The notes beneath the pieces were generated by a model. That model was given only the letters and a program-made list of their open reading frames with translations, had not been told where the DNA came from and searched no databases. 64,000 nt of DNA from Pirellulales bacterium (GTDB lineage Bacteria; Planctomycetota; Planctomycetia; Pirellulales; JAIMBC01), in NCBI GenBank assembly GCA_023511675.1, contig JAIMBC010000001.1, forward strand, positions 13,263 to 77,262, given 5' to 3'. Of this stretch, positions 53,653 to 63,923 are shown piece after piece (position 1 is the first letter of the stretch; every line of letters begins with the position of its first letter). Position numbers and translations under genes: made by a program.

Positions 53653-55086
53653 TCAACTTGTGGCGTGCCCGAATCGTGCCGAGACCTCCTCTACCTGGCG
53701 TGCGCGCGTTGCCGCCCATGCCAGGAACAACCAGAAACTCAGCAACGCGTAAGTCCTAAGAGAGAAAACCAGCAGCGAGTATTTGGGCGTGGCCGGTGTG
53801 GGAACGCCGCCGCTCAGAAACCCGACCAGAATCGGAGGCCACCACACGGGCAGCAGCAGCACCACCACCCCCAGCACAACGAGACGGCTTTCCGAAATAC
53901 TGGACCAGACCTGTGCCGCGGGTAACACCAGCATCAACAGATAGTGGGGCCAACAAACGGGGCTGATCAACAGCATGGTCACGACGAACAGCCCAAGACT
54001 CAGTTCGCGGGCTTGCGGCGTACGTGCACGCCACGCGATCCAGCACGCCGCACCCACCAACAACGATGCTGTGACATAGTTGCCAGCCTTCGCCAACCAC
54101 GGGTTGTAGACCATCGGCGTGACAAGGCCACCTTTCGTCCCCGGATCAAAAAGCCGCGACCACCAGCCCAGCACCGAGAGGTTGCCCCACCCCGCTCGCC
54201 ACTCATGCACGCGCGGTACCACCTCCCATGCGTACTGGTAGTGTGTGTCTAGTCCAAACACGAGCACGGTCATACCGCACCAGGCTAGCGCTGCCAGCAA
54301 TGCAGCAACTACCAGCCGCCAGCGACGTTGCATGGCAAAGAACGCGACCAGCAAAGCGGGGTAGAGCTTGACGGCCACGGCCGTGCCTAGAAGCACTCCC
54401 GCAAGTCTATCCTGCTGGCGCCGCGCGGCCGCCCAGGCGCCGACCAGCAGAAACAACAGCAGCAGGTTCAGTTGTGCAAAAAGTGTCTGAGCGAGCAGCG
54501 GATCGAACAGCAGGGCGAGAGTCACGACCACCAGCAACGTTCGCCAGCTCTCGGCCAGCTTGCATTCCACATTGATCACCCAGAGTGCAGCAGCCCCCAG
54601 CACCAGCGACAGCAGGTTCCAGGCGAGCGTGGCACGGGGATAATCGAGCCAGAACATGGGCATGGCCATCAGCACCGACGCCGGCGGATGTGCGTTCACT
54701 TCCACTGCTTGCTGTTCTGTTGGGTCAATCTTAATCCCAAGATAGCGGTCCACAGCCAAGACCTGCTCCTCGTAGATAGGAAGGCCCCGCCGCCAATTCT
54801 GTACGGAAGACCACTCCTGAAAAAAGTCGACCAGCACCCTCGACGGCGGCATCAATGTCTGCACGAACACGGGCCCGCGCCACAAGAGGACGATCAAAGC
54901 CAAGAGCGCCCAGACCGCAGTGCGTATACGTGTCCAGTACGCGCCGGGATGGCGCCGCGCCGCAACCGTTTCATGGGCCAGCAAGCCGAAAAATGCGGTG
55001 ATTAACGAGACCGCTATGATGCGTGCTTCCAGCTTCGTCAGATAACCCAATACCGCGAGGCTAGCCATAGAATGCAACATGGCCAT
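53653..55086 (-). CDS. GT87/DUF2029-family polytopic glycosyltransferase (GT-C type), paralog 2
   Basis: At least 10 TM helices. DFFQEWSSVQNWRRGLPIY, VNAHPPASVL and AVKLYPALLVAF resemble DUF2029 signatures and are paralogous to the upstream gene. Start is ATG 55086, or TTG 55101 directly after the upstream stop. Confidence 0.8.
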   Translation of the reverse strand: MAMLHSMASLAVLGYLTKLEARIIAVSLITAFFGLLAHETVAARRHPGAYWTRIRTAVWALLALIVLLWRGPVFVQTLMPPSRVLVDFFQEWSSVQNWRRGLPIYEEQVLAVDRYLGIKIDPTEQQAVEVNAHPPASVLMAMPMFWLDYPRATLAWNLLSLVLGAAALWVINVECKLAESWRTLLVVVTLALLFDPLLAQTLFAQLNLLLLFLLVGAWAAARRQQDRLAGVLLGTAVAVKLYPALLVAFFAMQRRWRLVVAALLAALAWCGMTVLVFGLDTHYQYAWEVVPRVHEWRAGWGNLSVLGWWSRLFDPGTKGGLVTPMVYNPWLAKAGNYVTASLLVGAACWIAWRARTPQARELSLGLFVVTMLLISPVCWPHYLLMLVLPAAQVWSSISESRLVVLGVVVLLLPVWWPPILVGFLSGGVPTPATPKYSLLVFSLRTYALLSFWLFLAWAATRARQVEEVSARFGHATS

Positions 55087-55101
55087 GGTAGCGTTCAGCA
55101 A

Positions 55102-56472
55102 TCAAAGTGCTAGAATACACGGTTCTGCCCCGGGGGCGTCTGCTGAACATGTACCTTGCCGCGTCCCTTCGCCAGGCCAGGCAACAATGCCCCAGAGCAC
55201 CAGCAGCGAGAAAAAGCCAATGGAGAACAGCGAGATCGACTCGAGCGGTTGAATTCTCACATGTGCCATCTGCTCCCTGCCATACCAGAGGGCCCACAAC
55301 AGCACCGGGTTCAGCCACAGACCCGCAGATGACAGCGCGAATGCTACCCGCTGTCGCCAGCAGTTCCGACTGGATAGCCAGCTCAGGATCCAGGGCAGCA
55401 ACAAGAGCACGAAGTAGTGATCCCAGCTAATCGGGGAACATAGCAACATCCCCGCCAAGCATGTCCCCCAGGCACGGCTCTGCTGGCTTACCGTGCCGGC
55501 GCGCCACGTCACGTACGCAGCTACCCCGCTCACCAAAGCGCTGCCTGCCAGTGCCAGAACGTTACCCACAGCCGGTGCCGGCAATAAAGCAACGAACCGC
55601 GAGCCAGGCGGCGCCATCAGTCTGAGCCAGAAGCCGTGCCAAGATGCATTCAGCCCCGCCAGCCGCCAGCTCTCTACCCTGGGCAATACGTCGGTAAAGT
55701 ATTCCACGTACGGCGCCCCACCAAATAGCAGCCAAGCTATCAGGATCATGGCCAGTGCGCCCGCGAACATTCCCAGTAGAGCCCGTCCATTGCGCCGACA
55801 CGAGAAATACACCAGCAGATAGGCAGGAAATAGCTTGATCGCTGCTGCCGCGCCCACGGCGGCTCCGCTAGCCCAGCTCAGACCGCGCCGATCGCAAAAC
55901 CAAGCGGCCGTTAATAAAGCGAGCAGCACGGCGTTGAGCTGTCCCTGGTCGAACTGTGCACGCACTGGGTTAGAACAGAATAACACCGCCAGTGGTGCCA
56001 GCGACGCGGCTGTTACACGGAGCCTCAGTTCCCTGGCGGTCACGTACGCACTCGCCGCAACAAGACAGATGCCTAGCAGGTTCCAGATTTGCAGTGCCGT
56101 AGGATACTCCAGGTGTGCCAGCGGCAACACGAGCAGTACGGCCGGCGGCGGATGTGCATTGACCTCGACCTCGCCCGGCTGGAGTTCGCGGTGCAGGTAC
56201 GCTCGCACGGTGTGCCGCTGCGACGTGTACAGATCGCGTCCCTGCAGCCAGTTGCGGGCCGACGCCCACTCCTGAAAAAAGTCCTTTAGCCCGCGATCCC
56301 GCGGCAGCAGGCTGCCGAGGATCGGCAGGCCGTTAAGCCCTATGGCGGCAGCGGCGGCCACAGCCCAGGCTATGTGCCGCACCGCCCTGCTGGAGACGGC
56401 GGCCGGATGCATAAGCCATCTACCCTGCTTAACGACCCGCGGCCCCTCCAGACTGATCCGCCGCAGAGACAT
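55102..56472 (-). CDS. GT87/DUF2029-family polytopic glycosyltransferase (GT-C type), paralog 1
   Basis: DFFQEWASARNWLQGRDLY, VNAHPPPAVLL and AIKLFPAYLLVYF. ATG 56472 has GGAG 4 nt upstream and overlaps the upstream gene by 44 nt. Alternative ATG 56412. Confidence 0.8.
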   Translation of the reverse strand: MSLRRISLEGPRVVKQGRWLMHPAAVSSRAVRHIAWAVAAAAAIGLNGLPILGSLLPRDRGLKDFFQEWASARNWLQGRDLYTSQRHTVRAYLHRELQPGEVEVNAHPPPAVLLVLPLAHLEYPTALQIWNLLGICLVAASAYVTARELRLRVTAASLAPLAVLFCSNPVRAQFDQGQLNAVLLALLTAAWFCDRRGLSWASGAAVGAAAAIKLFPAYLLVYFSCRRNGRALLGMFAGALAMILIAWLLFGGAPYVEYFTDVLPRVESWRLAGLNASWHGFWLRLMAPPGSRFVALLPAPAVGNVLALAGSALVSGVAAYVTWRAGTVSQQSRAWGTCLAGMLLCSPISWDHYFVLLLLPWILSWLSSRNCWRQRVAFALSSAGLWLNPVLLWALWYGREQMAHVRIQPLESISLFSIGFFSLLVLWGIVAWPGEGTRQGTCSADAPGAEPCILAL

Positions 56473-58519
56473 GGGACTCCGCCGCAGTGCCGCGGCCAGG
56501 CTCCGCGGCCCCACGCTGCTCCGGTCGGTTCGACGCGGCAGCATTGGCCGGGACTGAAGTTCCCGGCCCCTGCCGGATGAACACCGCCGCCTGGCCATCT
56601 TCATAGCGCAGCCCCCAGCCGCTTCGCTGGCGCATGGCCGCCAGCAGGGACTGCATCAGCTCCTTGTCGACGATCACGGTGGTCACGCGGTAGCGGGCCA
56701 GAGCCTCTTCCCAGCCCTCCCGCACGCTGGCAATGCGGGTATAGTCGCGGTAGACGCGGGGTGGAATGAGGTGCACATGCGTCGTGGCAAACAGCTTCAT
56801 GCCGGCCGGCCCACGGTAGGCCAGCCAGTCGCCCCACCACTGAGGGTTAAAGACTTGCCCCTGCGGGGGATTCGCATGCAGCCACCGTGTCAATTCCAGC
56901 GGCGTCTGGCGGCTGTAGAGCCTTTGCTCGCTGCGTGGCGTACCACCCAGAATGGGACGCGAGAGATCGGACAGCGCAAACACGACCCAAAGAACAAACA
57001 GTGTGGCCGCGCACCAGTACCAGTGGCCGCGTGCAGCCAAGACTGGCAGGGTGCTGCCACTCTCAGACACATTGGCGCTGGCCGTGTCCTGGGCAGAGGG
57101 CCTCGCGCCCGAAGAAGGGCTGTCCGAGCTATTCTGTGCAGGCGCCGGCCCCCTGGCAGCGGCTATAGCGGTCCCCCCAGCAGCGGAGTCCCCTTCACTT
57201 CGGTATGCTGCTAGCCTGCCCGCGAGCGCTGCTAGTTGTGCCGGCTCCCCGGGCGAGGCGCCTGCACTTGCATCCTGCGCCCCTGCCGATCCTCGCGCGG
57301 GAGCAGCCAAAGGGGTGCCTGCCGCCGTGGCGTCCTTCTTGAGCGGATGACGGCCTGCCAGACCACGGATCGTCCCGCCCAGATGTCGGATCAGCACCAG
57401 AGACGCTGCCATGCTGAACCAACCGACCATGCGCAGGCTGGTGGCAACCAGGAACGAGAACAACAGCCAAGCCAGCACCTCCCATACCTGGATTCGCAGT
57501 GGGCTTAGGCGTGCGAGGATCACCGCGGCGAGCCAGGCCAGGGCAAATTGAGCACCGGTGGGACTGGCCAGCACCAGCGGGTACCACTCCGTAATGTCTC
57601 GTAAATTCTCATTTGCCGAGAATCGCAGCACCTCGATCCACAAGTCCATTCCATAGGGGTTTACCAGCGTGGCCGCGGCTGACAGTTCGGCCAATAGGAT
57701 CGTTTGGCGCACACGACTGTCGGCTAGCACGCCCCACAGGCTGCGCCGCTGCCAGGCAGACTCCACGATCTGCCCGCCTGCCAGGCAGACAAGCATTGCC
57801 AAACCACACACGAACGAGCCGTGCAGATTGGCCCACAACATCATCACCAGCGGCAGCAGCACCCACGTCCACAGAGGAATACCCCCCGGCGCCGTGCTTT
57901 GCCTGGGGCCGAGGTCACCGCCCAGCCACGCCGCAGGGCGCTCGCCGGCGGCGGCCGCCTCCTCGCCGCGCTGCAAGCTGCGGTCGATAACCACGGCCAG
58001 CCAGAGTACGGCTGCAAAACAAATGCTGCCCAGCACCTCTGGGCGCAGCGTCATCAAGCGGCTCCAGCCAATGATCACGACCAGCCCCACGCCCAGCAAT
58101 CCCAACCACGTGTAGCCGCTGCGTAGCACAAATGCCCGGGCCAACAAGCCGTATGCAGCGGCCATCAGCATGGCAAACAGGACAGTCAGGCCAGCAGCTC
58201 CTGCTAGCTTGTGCGTGATAGCCAGCACCACTTGTCCTAGCCATGCCGAGTCTACCAGCGGCATGCCCTCGGCCAACGGCTGCCAGGGATCCTCCGTGGG
58301 CAAGGCCTGATGCTCGAGGATCCATTCTCCGAACGCCACGTGCCCCCAAAGATCCGTGTGGAACAGGGGCAGGTAATTAAAGTATAGAAACAGTCCCCCC
58401 AACACCAGAGCGTATGCCAGGTGTAGCGGGGTAAAGCGAGCGGCCCAGGCAGCACCCGGCCCGGGCGCCGCCGCTGCCGGAGGGACCATGCTCTGCTTTT
58501 GGCCTGTGGCTGCACTCAT
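56429..58519 (-). CDS. Large polytopic membrane protein (~696 aa) with low-complexity loop and C-terminal soluble domain; GT-C / polymerase-like
   Basis: ATG 58519 lies 10 nt after the TPR gene stop. At least 10 TM helices. First-loop motif FHTDLWGHVAFGEWILEHQALPTEDPW. C-terminal domain ...NPQWWGDWLAYRG.... Family not recognised with confidence. Confidence 0.7.
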   Translation of the reverse strand: MSAATGQKQSMVPPAAAAPGPGAAWAARFTPLHLAYALVLGGLFLYFNYLPLFHTDLWGHVAFGEWILEHQALPTEDPWQPLAEGMPLVDSAWLGQVVLAITHKLAGAAGLTVLFAMLMAAAYGLLARAFVLRSGYTWLGLLGVGLVVIIGWSRLMTLRPEVLGSICFAAVLWLAVVIDRSLQRGEEAAAAGERPAAWLGGDLGPRQSTAPGGIPLWTWVLLPLVMMLWANLHGSFVCGLAMLVCLAGGQIVESAWQRRSLWGVLADSRVRQTILLAELSAAATLVNPYGMDLWIEVLRFSANENLRDITEWYPLVLASPTGAQFALAWLAAVILARLSPLRIQVWEVLAWLLFSFLVATSLRMVGWFSMAASLVLIRHLGGTIRGLAGRHPLKKDATAAGTPLAAPARGSAGAQDASAGASPGEPAQLAALAGRLAAYRSEGDSAAGGTAIAAARGPAPAQNSSDSPSSGARPSAQDTASANVSESGSTLPVLAARGHWYWCAATLFVLWVVFALSDLSRPILGGTPRSEQRLYSRQTPLELTRWLHANPPQGQVFNPQWWGDWLAYRGPAGMKLFATTHVHLIPPRVYRDYTRIASVREGWEEALARYRVTTVIVDKELMQSLLAAMRQRSGWGLRYEDGQAAVFIRQGPGTSVPANAAASNRPEQRGAAEPGRGTAAESHVSAADQSGGAAGR

Positions 58520-58529
58520 CGCTGGCCGC

Positions 58530-61500
58530 TTAGCCGGACTCGCCTTCCGCCTTGATGGCGGCGAGCGCGGCACGCGCCTCCGCCACCCGCTCGTCGGGCA
58601 AACCAAGTTGCAAGGCCGTTTCCAATGCAGCCCGCGCGCCTTGCGGGTTATCGATGGCCGCATAGGTCAAGCCGAGCTGGAGCTGCACCAGCGCCTCCGT
58701 GGGGAATAGGCCCACGGCCTCCTCGAGCAGGTCGCGGGCCTCTTGGTAGCGTTGATTCCGACGGAGCACGGTTGCCAAGGTGTCGATGAAGTTGACCGGC
58801 AGCCGGCTGACGGGGAGATTGCCGCGGACCCGCAATGCCAGCTCCAGCGCCGGGCGCGGTTCGTTCAGGTCGACGGCCAGCAGCCAGGCCAGGTTGTTGC
58901 CCGCCACCATGTGGGTGGGGTAAGCAGCCAGCACCTGTTCATAGTGCTGGCGGGCAGCTTGCAACCGCGAGGCATCTTTTTTCTGTTGGCCCTGCCGCAT
59001 GGCGATTTCGGCCAGCAGGAGTTGCGCATCGGCGCGCTGCTCGGCGGGTGCCTGCTCGAGGGCACGGTCTGCCCAGGCCTGAGCGGCATCGAACAGGCCT
59101 GCGTTCATGGCGGCGTGTCCCAGCCCGAGGCAGGTGGGGAGGGAGGGCTGCTCGCCGGCGAAGGCCTCGAGCAGTTGGGCGGCCTCTGCCTGGCGGTTTT
59201 GCTCCGCCAGCAGCTTGACCTCTGCGGCCAGCAGGTCGAGATCGGTGGGGGCGAGCGAACGTCCTTCGCGGAGCAGGGCAAGCGCTGCGGCGGCATCGCC
59301 CCGATCTGCCAGGCGCCGGGCCAGTCGCGTGCGTGCGGCTGTCATGCCGGGCTGGTTGTTGAGGAGAGAGCGGAGCACGGCCAGGGCCTGGTCTTGCTGC
59401 CCGGTGCGCCAGAGGGCCTCGGCCTGGGTGAGGTACGCTTCCCATGCTTGGGGATTCAGGCGGACGGTCTCATTGGCCTGGAGCAGGGCGTCGGAATCGC
59501 GGCGGCGTGCCAGATACAGTTCGGCCAGCAGGCTGCGGATGCCCAGATCGCGAGGATGGAGATCGAGCCCTCGCTCCAGCTCGGCAATGGCTGGGTCGAT
59601 CCTCCCTTCGGATAGCCAGGAGCGTGCCTTGAGAAGGATCGGCTCGGCGGAGGCAGGCAGCAACAGTTCCAGCTTGTCCAGTTCCTTGCGTGCTTGGGAG
59701 AATTCAGCGGCCGCCAGATAGAGCTGGCTGCTGAGGCGCAATAGTTTCGCGTCGTTAGCGACAAGCTGCAGCGCCTGGTCCACCACGCGGCGCGCCTCCT
59801 CTGGCTGATTGAGGCTGAGGTAGATGGTGGCTAGCGTGTCCACGAGTTCAGGCGGCATCACGCCCTGGGCGATGGTCTGGCGGACCTTGTTCGCTGTCTC
59901 GAGCGCTTGCTCCGGGCGGTTGAACTTGACCGCCTGAATCCAGGCCAGATTATTTCCGACCACAAAGTTCTGAGGCTGGGCCGCGAATGCGGCGGCATAG
60001 GCGTCGGCCGCCTGCTCATATGCAGCCTGCGCCTCGGCAGCCTGGCCCTGTTGCTCGGCTGCCAGCGCGCGTTGCAGGTGGATATCTCCCAGCAGCCACT
60101 GAACCTGCGGCCTCTGCTCGTCCGAGGCAGCGGCCAGTGCACGCTCGGCCCATTGCTGGGCCAGGTCCTGCCGTCCGGCAACATGGAAGGCCCGGCCGAC
60201 CGCGAGTGTCCGCACGGCATCAGGCGGGTCTCCGGCCAGTTCCGCGGCGGCCTGTTGAGCGGCTTCTTCACGGCTGCAGCGGACCAACAGAGAGATCTCG
60301 GTTTGAGCGATGGCGAGGTTGTCGGGCAGGGCCTTGCGGCCGCGTGTGATGGCGGCCAGTGCCTGTACCCTATCGCCAGCGGCCGCATAGAAGTCCGCCA
60401 GCAGGGTGTAGGCAAGCGCCATGTTAGGCTGGCTTTGCACCAGGGCCTCCAGGACGCTGCGGGCTTCTTGGCCGCGGTTGAGCTGCTGCAAGGCGGCAGC
60501 CTGGACGGCGTACATGTTCACAAGCTGCGGGTTCTCGCGCAAGGCACGGAGAGAGAGGTCGAGGGCCTCGGCAGGGCGGCCTGCGTCGAGGTGCAATCGT
60601 GCTCCCAGGGCCAACGAGGGCAGATGGCGCGGATCGGCCTGTAGCGCACGCGCCAGCTCTTCCAGCGCCCGATCCGCACGGTTGCGAGAGACCCACGATT
60701 GGGCCTTGAAGTAAGGTCCCAGGGGGCCGCGCGGATCGAGGGCCTCCAATTCGTCGAGTGTCTTTTGCACGTCATCGAAGCGCAGCAGGCGCGTGCACAA
60801 TTCCACGCGGGCGAGGAGCAACACGGGTTCGCGGGGATGCTCGCGGCGCAACTCGTCGACGCGTTCCAGGGCCCTGGCGGGCGATTCCTGCCGGGCCAAC
60901 TCCAACAGCGCGCTGAACAGCCGCACCCGGGCTTGTCCCTCAGTGGGCGCTGCGGTGAGCGACGAGGCGAGGCTGGTGATCGCCGTCTCGTAATCTTGCT
61001 GCGCGGCCGCGAGTTCGCCCCGCCAAAGCTGCAAGAATCCGCTGCGTTGCATATCGGGATCGGTTTGGGCCAGCAGGTCTGCCGCCAGCCCGAGCTTCTG
61101 CTCCTTGAGTGCGGCTTGTGCCCCCAGCAACGCAGCAACGCCGGCCGTGTCCGCATGCTGCTTGAGAGTCTCGGCGATGGCCAGGGCCTCGGCAGATTTA
61201 CCCTGCTCCAGCAGCAGTTGCGCACGCAGCACGTCGATGGCCGGAGCATTGTTGAAGCGCGGAGCCACCTGATCCAGCCAGGCAAGGGCGGCATCGGGCT
61301 GACTTTGCTCGGCATACCAACGCGCAACCAAGAGCTGGGCTGCCAGATTGTCTGCGTGGCCCGAGGCAAAACCGGCAATCAAGCGGCCTGCCTCGGCACC
61401 CTGGTTCAGCCGCAATAGCGTGCTTGCCAGAGTCAGCAGTACGCCCAGGTCATCTGGATGGCGCGCGTGCGCGGCACGCAAGATGTTTAATGCATCTTCC

Positions 61501-63167
61501 GTGCGCCCCTTCGTCCAGTAGTAGGCCGCGCGCAACTGTTCTCCGCGCGGCTCCTGCGGCGTGCCCCGCAACGCGGCCAGGTGCGGCTGGGCTGCGTCCC
61601 AGCGATCCAACGACAGCAGGGCCTGGGCCTGCAACAGATGGACGGCGCCGCCGCTGCCCAACGTACTGCCAAGCCACGCCCGCTGCTCTGGATCCAGCTT
61701 TGCCGGATCCATCTGCAAGGCGTCCAGGTGCGGCAAGGCATCGGCCCACTGGCGCAAGTTGATGTAGGCATGGGCCAGCGCGAGATGGACATAGATGCTG
61801 TCTCCAAGCATCTTTCGCGCCAGCAGCAAGTGGTCCAGCGCCCGCTGCAGGCGACGTTCCTCCGTGGCCAGCACCCCGGCGATCAGATGCCCCCAGCCGG
61901 CGGTTTGCTCGTCGGCTAGCAGGGGCTTGATGTGCTGCTCCGCCTCGGTGAAGCGGCGCAGGGCGATCAAGCGGCGAGCGGCCAGCTCGCGGAGCTGGAG
62001 CACCTGCCGCTCCTGCTGCGCCAGCTGTTGCTGGCGGGCACGGTCGGTGCGGTTCTGCCGCCGATCTTCATCGATTTGCTGGCGCAGGTCAGCCAGTGTG
62101 GCCTCCCCTTGCTTGATTCCGGCGGTCAGCAGGCGCAGCCCCTTCTCGTCGGCGCCGCTGGCCAGGGCTGTGCGTGCCGCAAAATGGTACATGGCAGGCG
62201 TGCCGGCCTTGGCATCGATGGCGGCCTCGACCAGGGCGGAAGCGGCTTGCATCAACTCGCGGCGCGTATCGACCTCTGCCCCGTTGCGTGGGGGGAACTG
62301 GGCCGTCAGCCGGTCCCAGATGGCCACCACCAACTCAGCGGAGGGACCAAGTTGCGGCACCCCATCCACGCTCGCCTCGCGCAAGCTATCCAGCCAGGAC
62401 AGTACCCGGCGGAACCGCGCCTCGGCCGTGGGGCCATCGGCAGCACGCAGCACGCTCAGCGCGAGCACATCGCGGACCAGCCTGCGGTCCGGCGTGCGGA
62501 GGGCCTCCAGATCCTTTGCCGTGAGTCGGCAGATGCCTTCCACGCAAGATTCCAGCGCCTGCTGGAAGGCGTCTTGCGTTTCGGCTGCATCCGTGGCCGC
62601 CGTGCGCAGGGCCAGGGAACGCACACTGGGGCCGGGCTCCAGCGTGTCCAGCTTGTCCAGCTCGCGGAGGGCGGCCGCCCGGTCGCCGCCGTTGAGCGCC
62701 CGCCAGGCCGCCATGTATTGAGCGTCGGCATTCTTGGGATCAAGTTGGGACACGCGTGACGCCACTTCTACCGCGCTGGTGAGGCGCCCGCTGTCCAGCA
62801 ACTCGTCCAGTATCCGCTGTTGCAGCTCGAGGTTCTCGGGCTCCGCCGCGGCTGCCGCTAACAGGTGGTCCAGCGCTGCGGGCACGTCTGGGCTGCGCAG
62901 CGTGTCAATCTTTGACCGCTCGCGTGCCTCCTGCGTCAGCAACTCCGCCAGGCGCAGATGCGCTTGTACGTCGTTTCCTCGGCGGTTCAGCAGGTTGCGC
63001 AGGTGCAGGATGGCCGCCTGCCGGTCCCCCTTGGCCAGGGCCGCCTCGGCCTGCTGCCAGTAATACGACGGCTGCGTGCGTAGGTAGGCCTGAAAGCCCA
63101 AGAATCCTAGCGCACCCAGCACCAACAGCGCAATCACCCAACGAAAGATAATGCGTCCCAAGTCCAC
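58530..63167 (-). CDS. Giant TPR-repeat protein (1545 aa) with single N-terminal TM helix; PrsT-like (PEP-CTERM-system TPR protein) but much longer
   Basis: GTG 63167 lies 6 nt after GAAGAGGT. N-terminal anchor IIFRWVIALLVLGALGFLGF. Essentially uninterrupted TPR-type A-x-x-x-L/Y-x-x-A repeats run to the C-terminus. Confidence 0.9.
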   Translation of the reverse strand: MDLGRIIFRWVIALLVLGALGFLGFQAYLRTQPSYYWQQAEAALAKGDRQAAILHLRNLLNRRGNDVQAHLRLAELLTQEARERSKIDTLRSPDVPAALDHLLAAAAAEPENLELQQRILDELLDSGRLTSAVEVASRVSQLDPKNADAQYMAAWRALNGGDRAAALRELDKLDTLEPGPSVRSLALRTAATDAAETQDAFQQALESCVEGICRLTAKDLEALRTPDRRLVRDVLALSVLRAADGPTAEARFRRVLSWLDSLREASVDGVPQLGPSAELVVAIWDRLTAQFPPRNGAEVDTRRELMQAASALVEAAIDAKAGTPAMYHFAARTALASGADEKGLRLLTAGIKQGEATLADLRQQIDEDRRQNRTDRARQQQLAQQERQVLQLRELAARRLIALRRFTEAEQHIKPLLADEQTAGWGHLIAGVLATEERRLQRALDHLLLARKMLGDSIYVHLALAHAYINLRQWADALPHLDALQMDPAKLDPEQRAWLGSTLGSGGAVHLLQAQALLSLDRWDAAQPHLAALRGTPQEPRGEQLRAAYYWTKGRTEDALNILRAAHARHPDDLGVLLTLASTLLRLNQGAEAGRLIAGFASGHADNLAAQLLVARWYAEQSQPDAALAWLDQVAPRFNNAPAIDVLRAQLLLEQGKSAEALAIAETLKQHADTAGVAALLGAQAALKEQKLGLAADLLAQTDPDMQRSGFLQLWRGELAAAQQDYETAITSLASSLTAAPTEGQARVRLFSALLELARQESPARALERVDELRREHPREPVLLLARVELCTRLLRFDDVQKTLDELEALDPRGPLGPYFKAQSWVSRNRADRALEELARALQADPRHLPSLALGARLHLDAGRPAEALDLSLRALRENPQLVNMYAVQAAALQQLNRGQEARSVLEALVQSQPNMALAYTLLADFYAAAGDRVQALAAITRGRKALPDNLAIAQTEISLLVRCSREEAAQQAAAELAGDPPDAVRTLAVGRAFHVAGRQDLAQQWAERALAAASDEQRPQVQWLLGDIHLQRALAAEQQGQAAEAQAAYEQAADAYAAAFAAQPQNFVVGNNLAWIQAVKFNRPEQALETANKVRQTIAQGVMPPELVDTLATIYLSLNQPEEARRVVDQALQLVANDAKLLRLSSQLYLAAAEFSQARKELDKLELLLPASAEPILLKARSWLSEGRIDPAIAELERGLDLHPRDLGIRSLLAELYLARRRDSDALLQANETVRLNPQAWEAYLTQAEALWRTGQQDQALAVLRSLLNNQPGMTAARTRLARRLADRGDAAAALALLREGRSLAPTDLDLLAAEVKLLAEQNRQAEAAQLLEAFAGEQPSLPTCLGLGHAAMNAGLFDAAQAWADRALEQAPAEQRADAQLLLAEIAMRQGQQKKDASRLQAARQHYEQVLAAYPTHMVAGNNLAWLLAVDLNEPRPALELALRVRGNLPVSRLPVNFIDTLATVLRRNQRYQEARDLLEEAVGLFPTEALVQLQLGLTYAAIDNPQGARAALETALQLGLPDERVAEARAALAAIKAEGESG

Positions 63168-63248
63168 GGCGACCTCTTCAGGCTATGTTCCAAAAGTTGA
63201 CAGGTGGCATGAGGGCAACGCCCCGCATGGCATGTGTACGGATCCGGC

Positions 63249-63923
63249 TCACTTCAACATGATGACGGGTTCACGCGTGCTGCCTCGCCCTGCGCCCGCC
63301 GGCAGGTGCGTCCGCAAGGCTGCGTCGACGAGCCGCACAAATTCCCGCGCCCCCTCGGCATCTGCTGGCATCTGCTCCGGGGCAAACACTTCTATGGTGA
63401 TGCTGGCCGGTCGTTCCACCAGGCGGCGGCGCAGCCGCTGTATCGCATCGAGATGGGGAGGCTCCTCGGAGGGCAATGTGTAGTGCCAATAGAAAACCCA
63501 CTGTCGCTCACCAGGAAGGCCAAAGCGGTACTGCTGTGCAGGCTCCCCTGGTCCTGGCAAGGAAACTGTCTGCCGCACGCTGGTGTCCTCCGGCTGTCCC
63601 GCCACCGCCATGCACACCTCGGGATGATGGCCTCGGTCCCTGCCTGTACTAGAATAGGCTATCCAGAGCATCAGTGACTGGCCTCGCGTGGTGTGGACGT
63701 AGGTGCGGTTCAGGTGCTCGTCGGCATATCGCTGCCGCGGTTCCACGGGTACGTCCGCTCCCTGCCAATCCCCCAGTACCAGCGGCAAGTTCGCCAGTGG
63801 CCGTACCAGCGTCCCGGGTTGCGCCGCGCCGCCTCCCAGCACATGCCGGGCAAGCAAACTATGGGCCGCTAGGCCCACGGCGAGCAACACGACGGTTCCC
63901 CACAAGCGCCAGCCCAAACTCAT
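63249..63923 (-). CDS. Exosortase-associated EpsI-family protein
   Basis: N-terminal anchor WRLWGTVVLLAVGLAA. LPLVLGDWQG and the GHHPEVC motif (HxPxxC type) are characteristic of EpsI. ATG overlaps the upstream stop (ATGA). Confidence 0.85.
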   Translation of the reverse strand: MSLGWRLWGTVVLLAVGLAAHSLLARHVLGGGAAQPGTLVRPLANLPLVLGDWQGADVPVEPRQRYADEHLNRTYVHTTRGQSLMLWIAYSSTGRDRGHHPEVCMAVAGQPEDTSVRQTVSLPGPGEPAQQYRFGLPGERQWVFYWHYTLPSEEPPHLDAIQRLRRRLVERPASITIEVFAPEQMPADAEGAREFVRLVDAALRTHLPAGAGRGSTREPVIMLK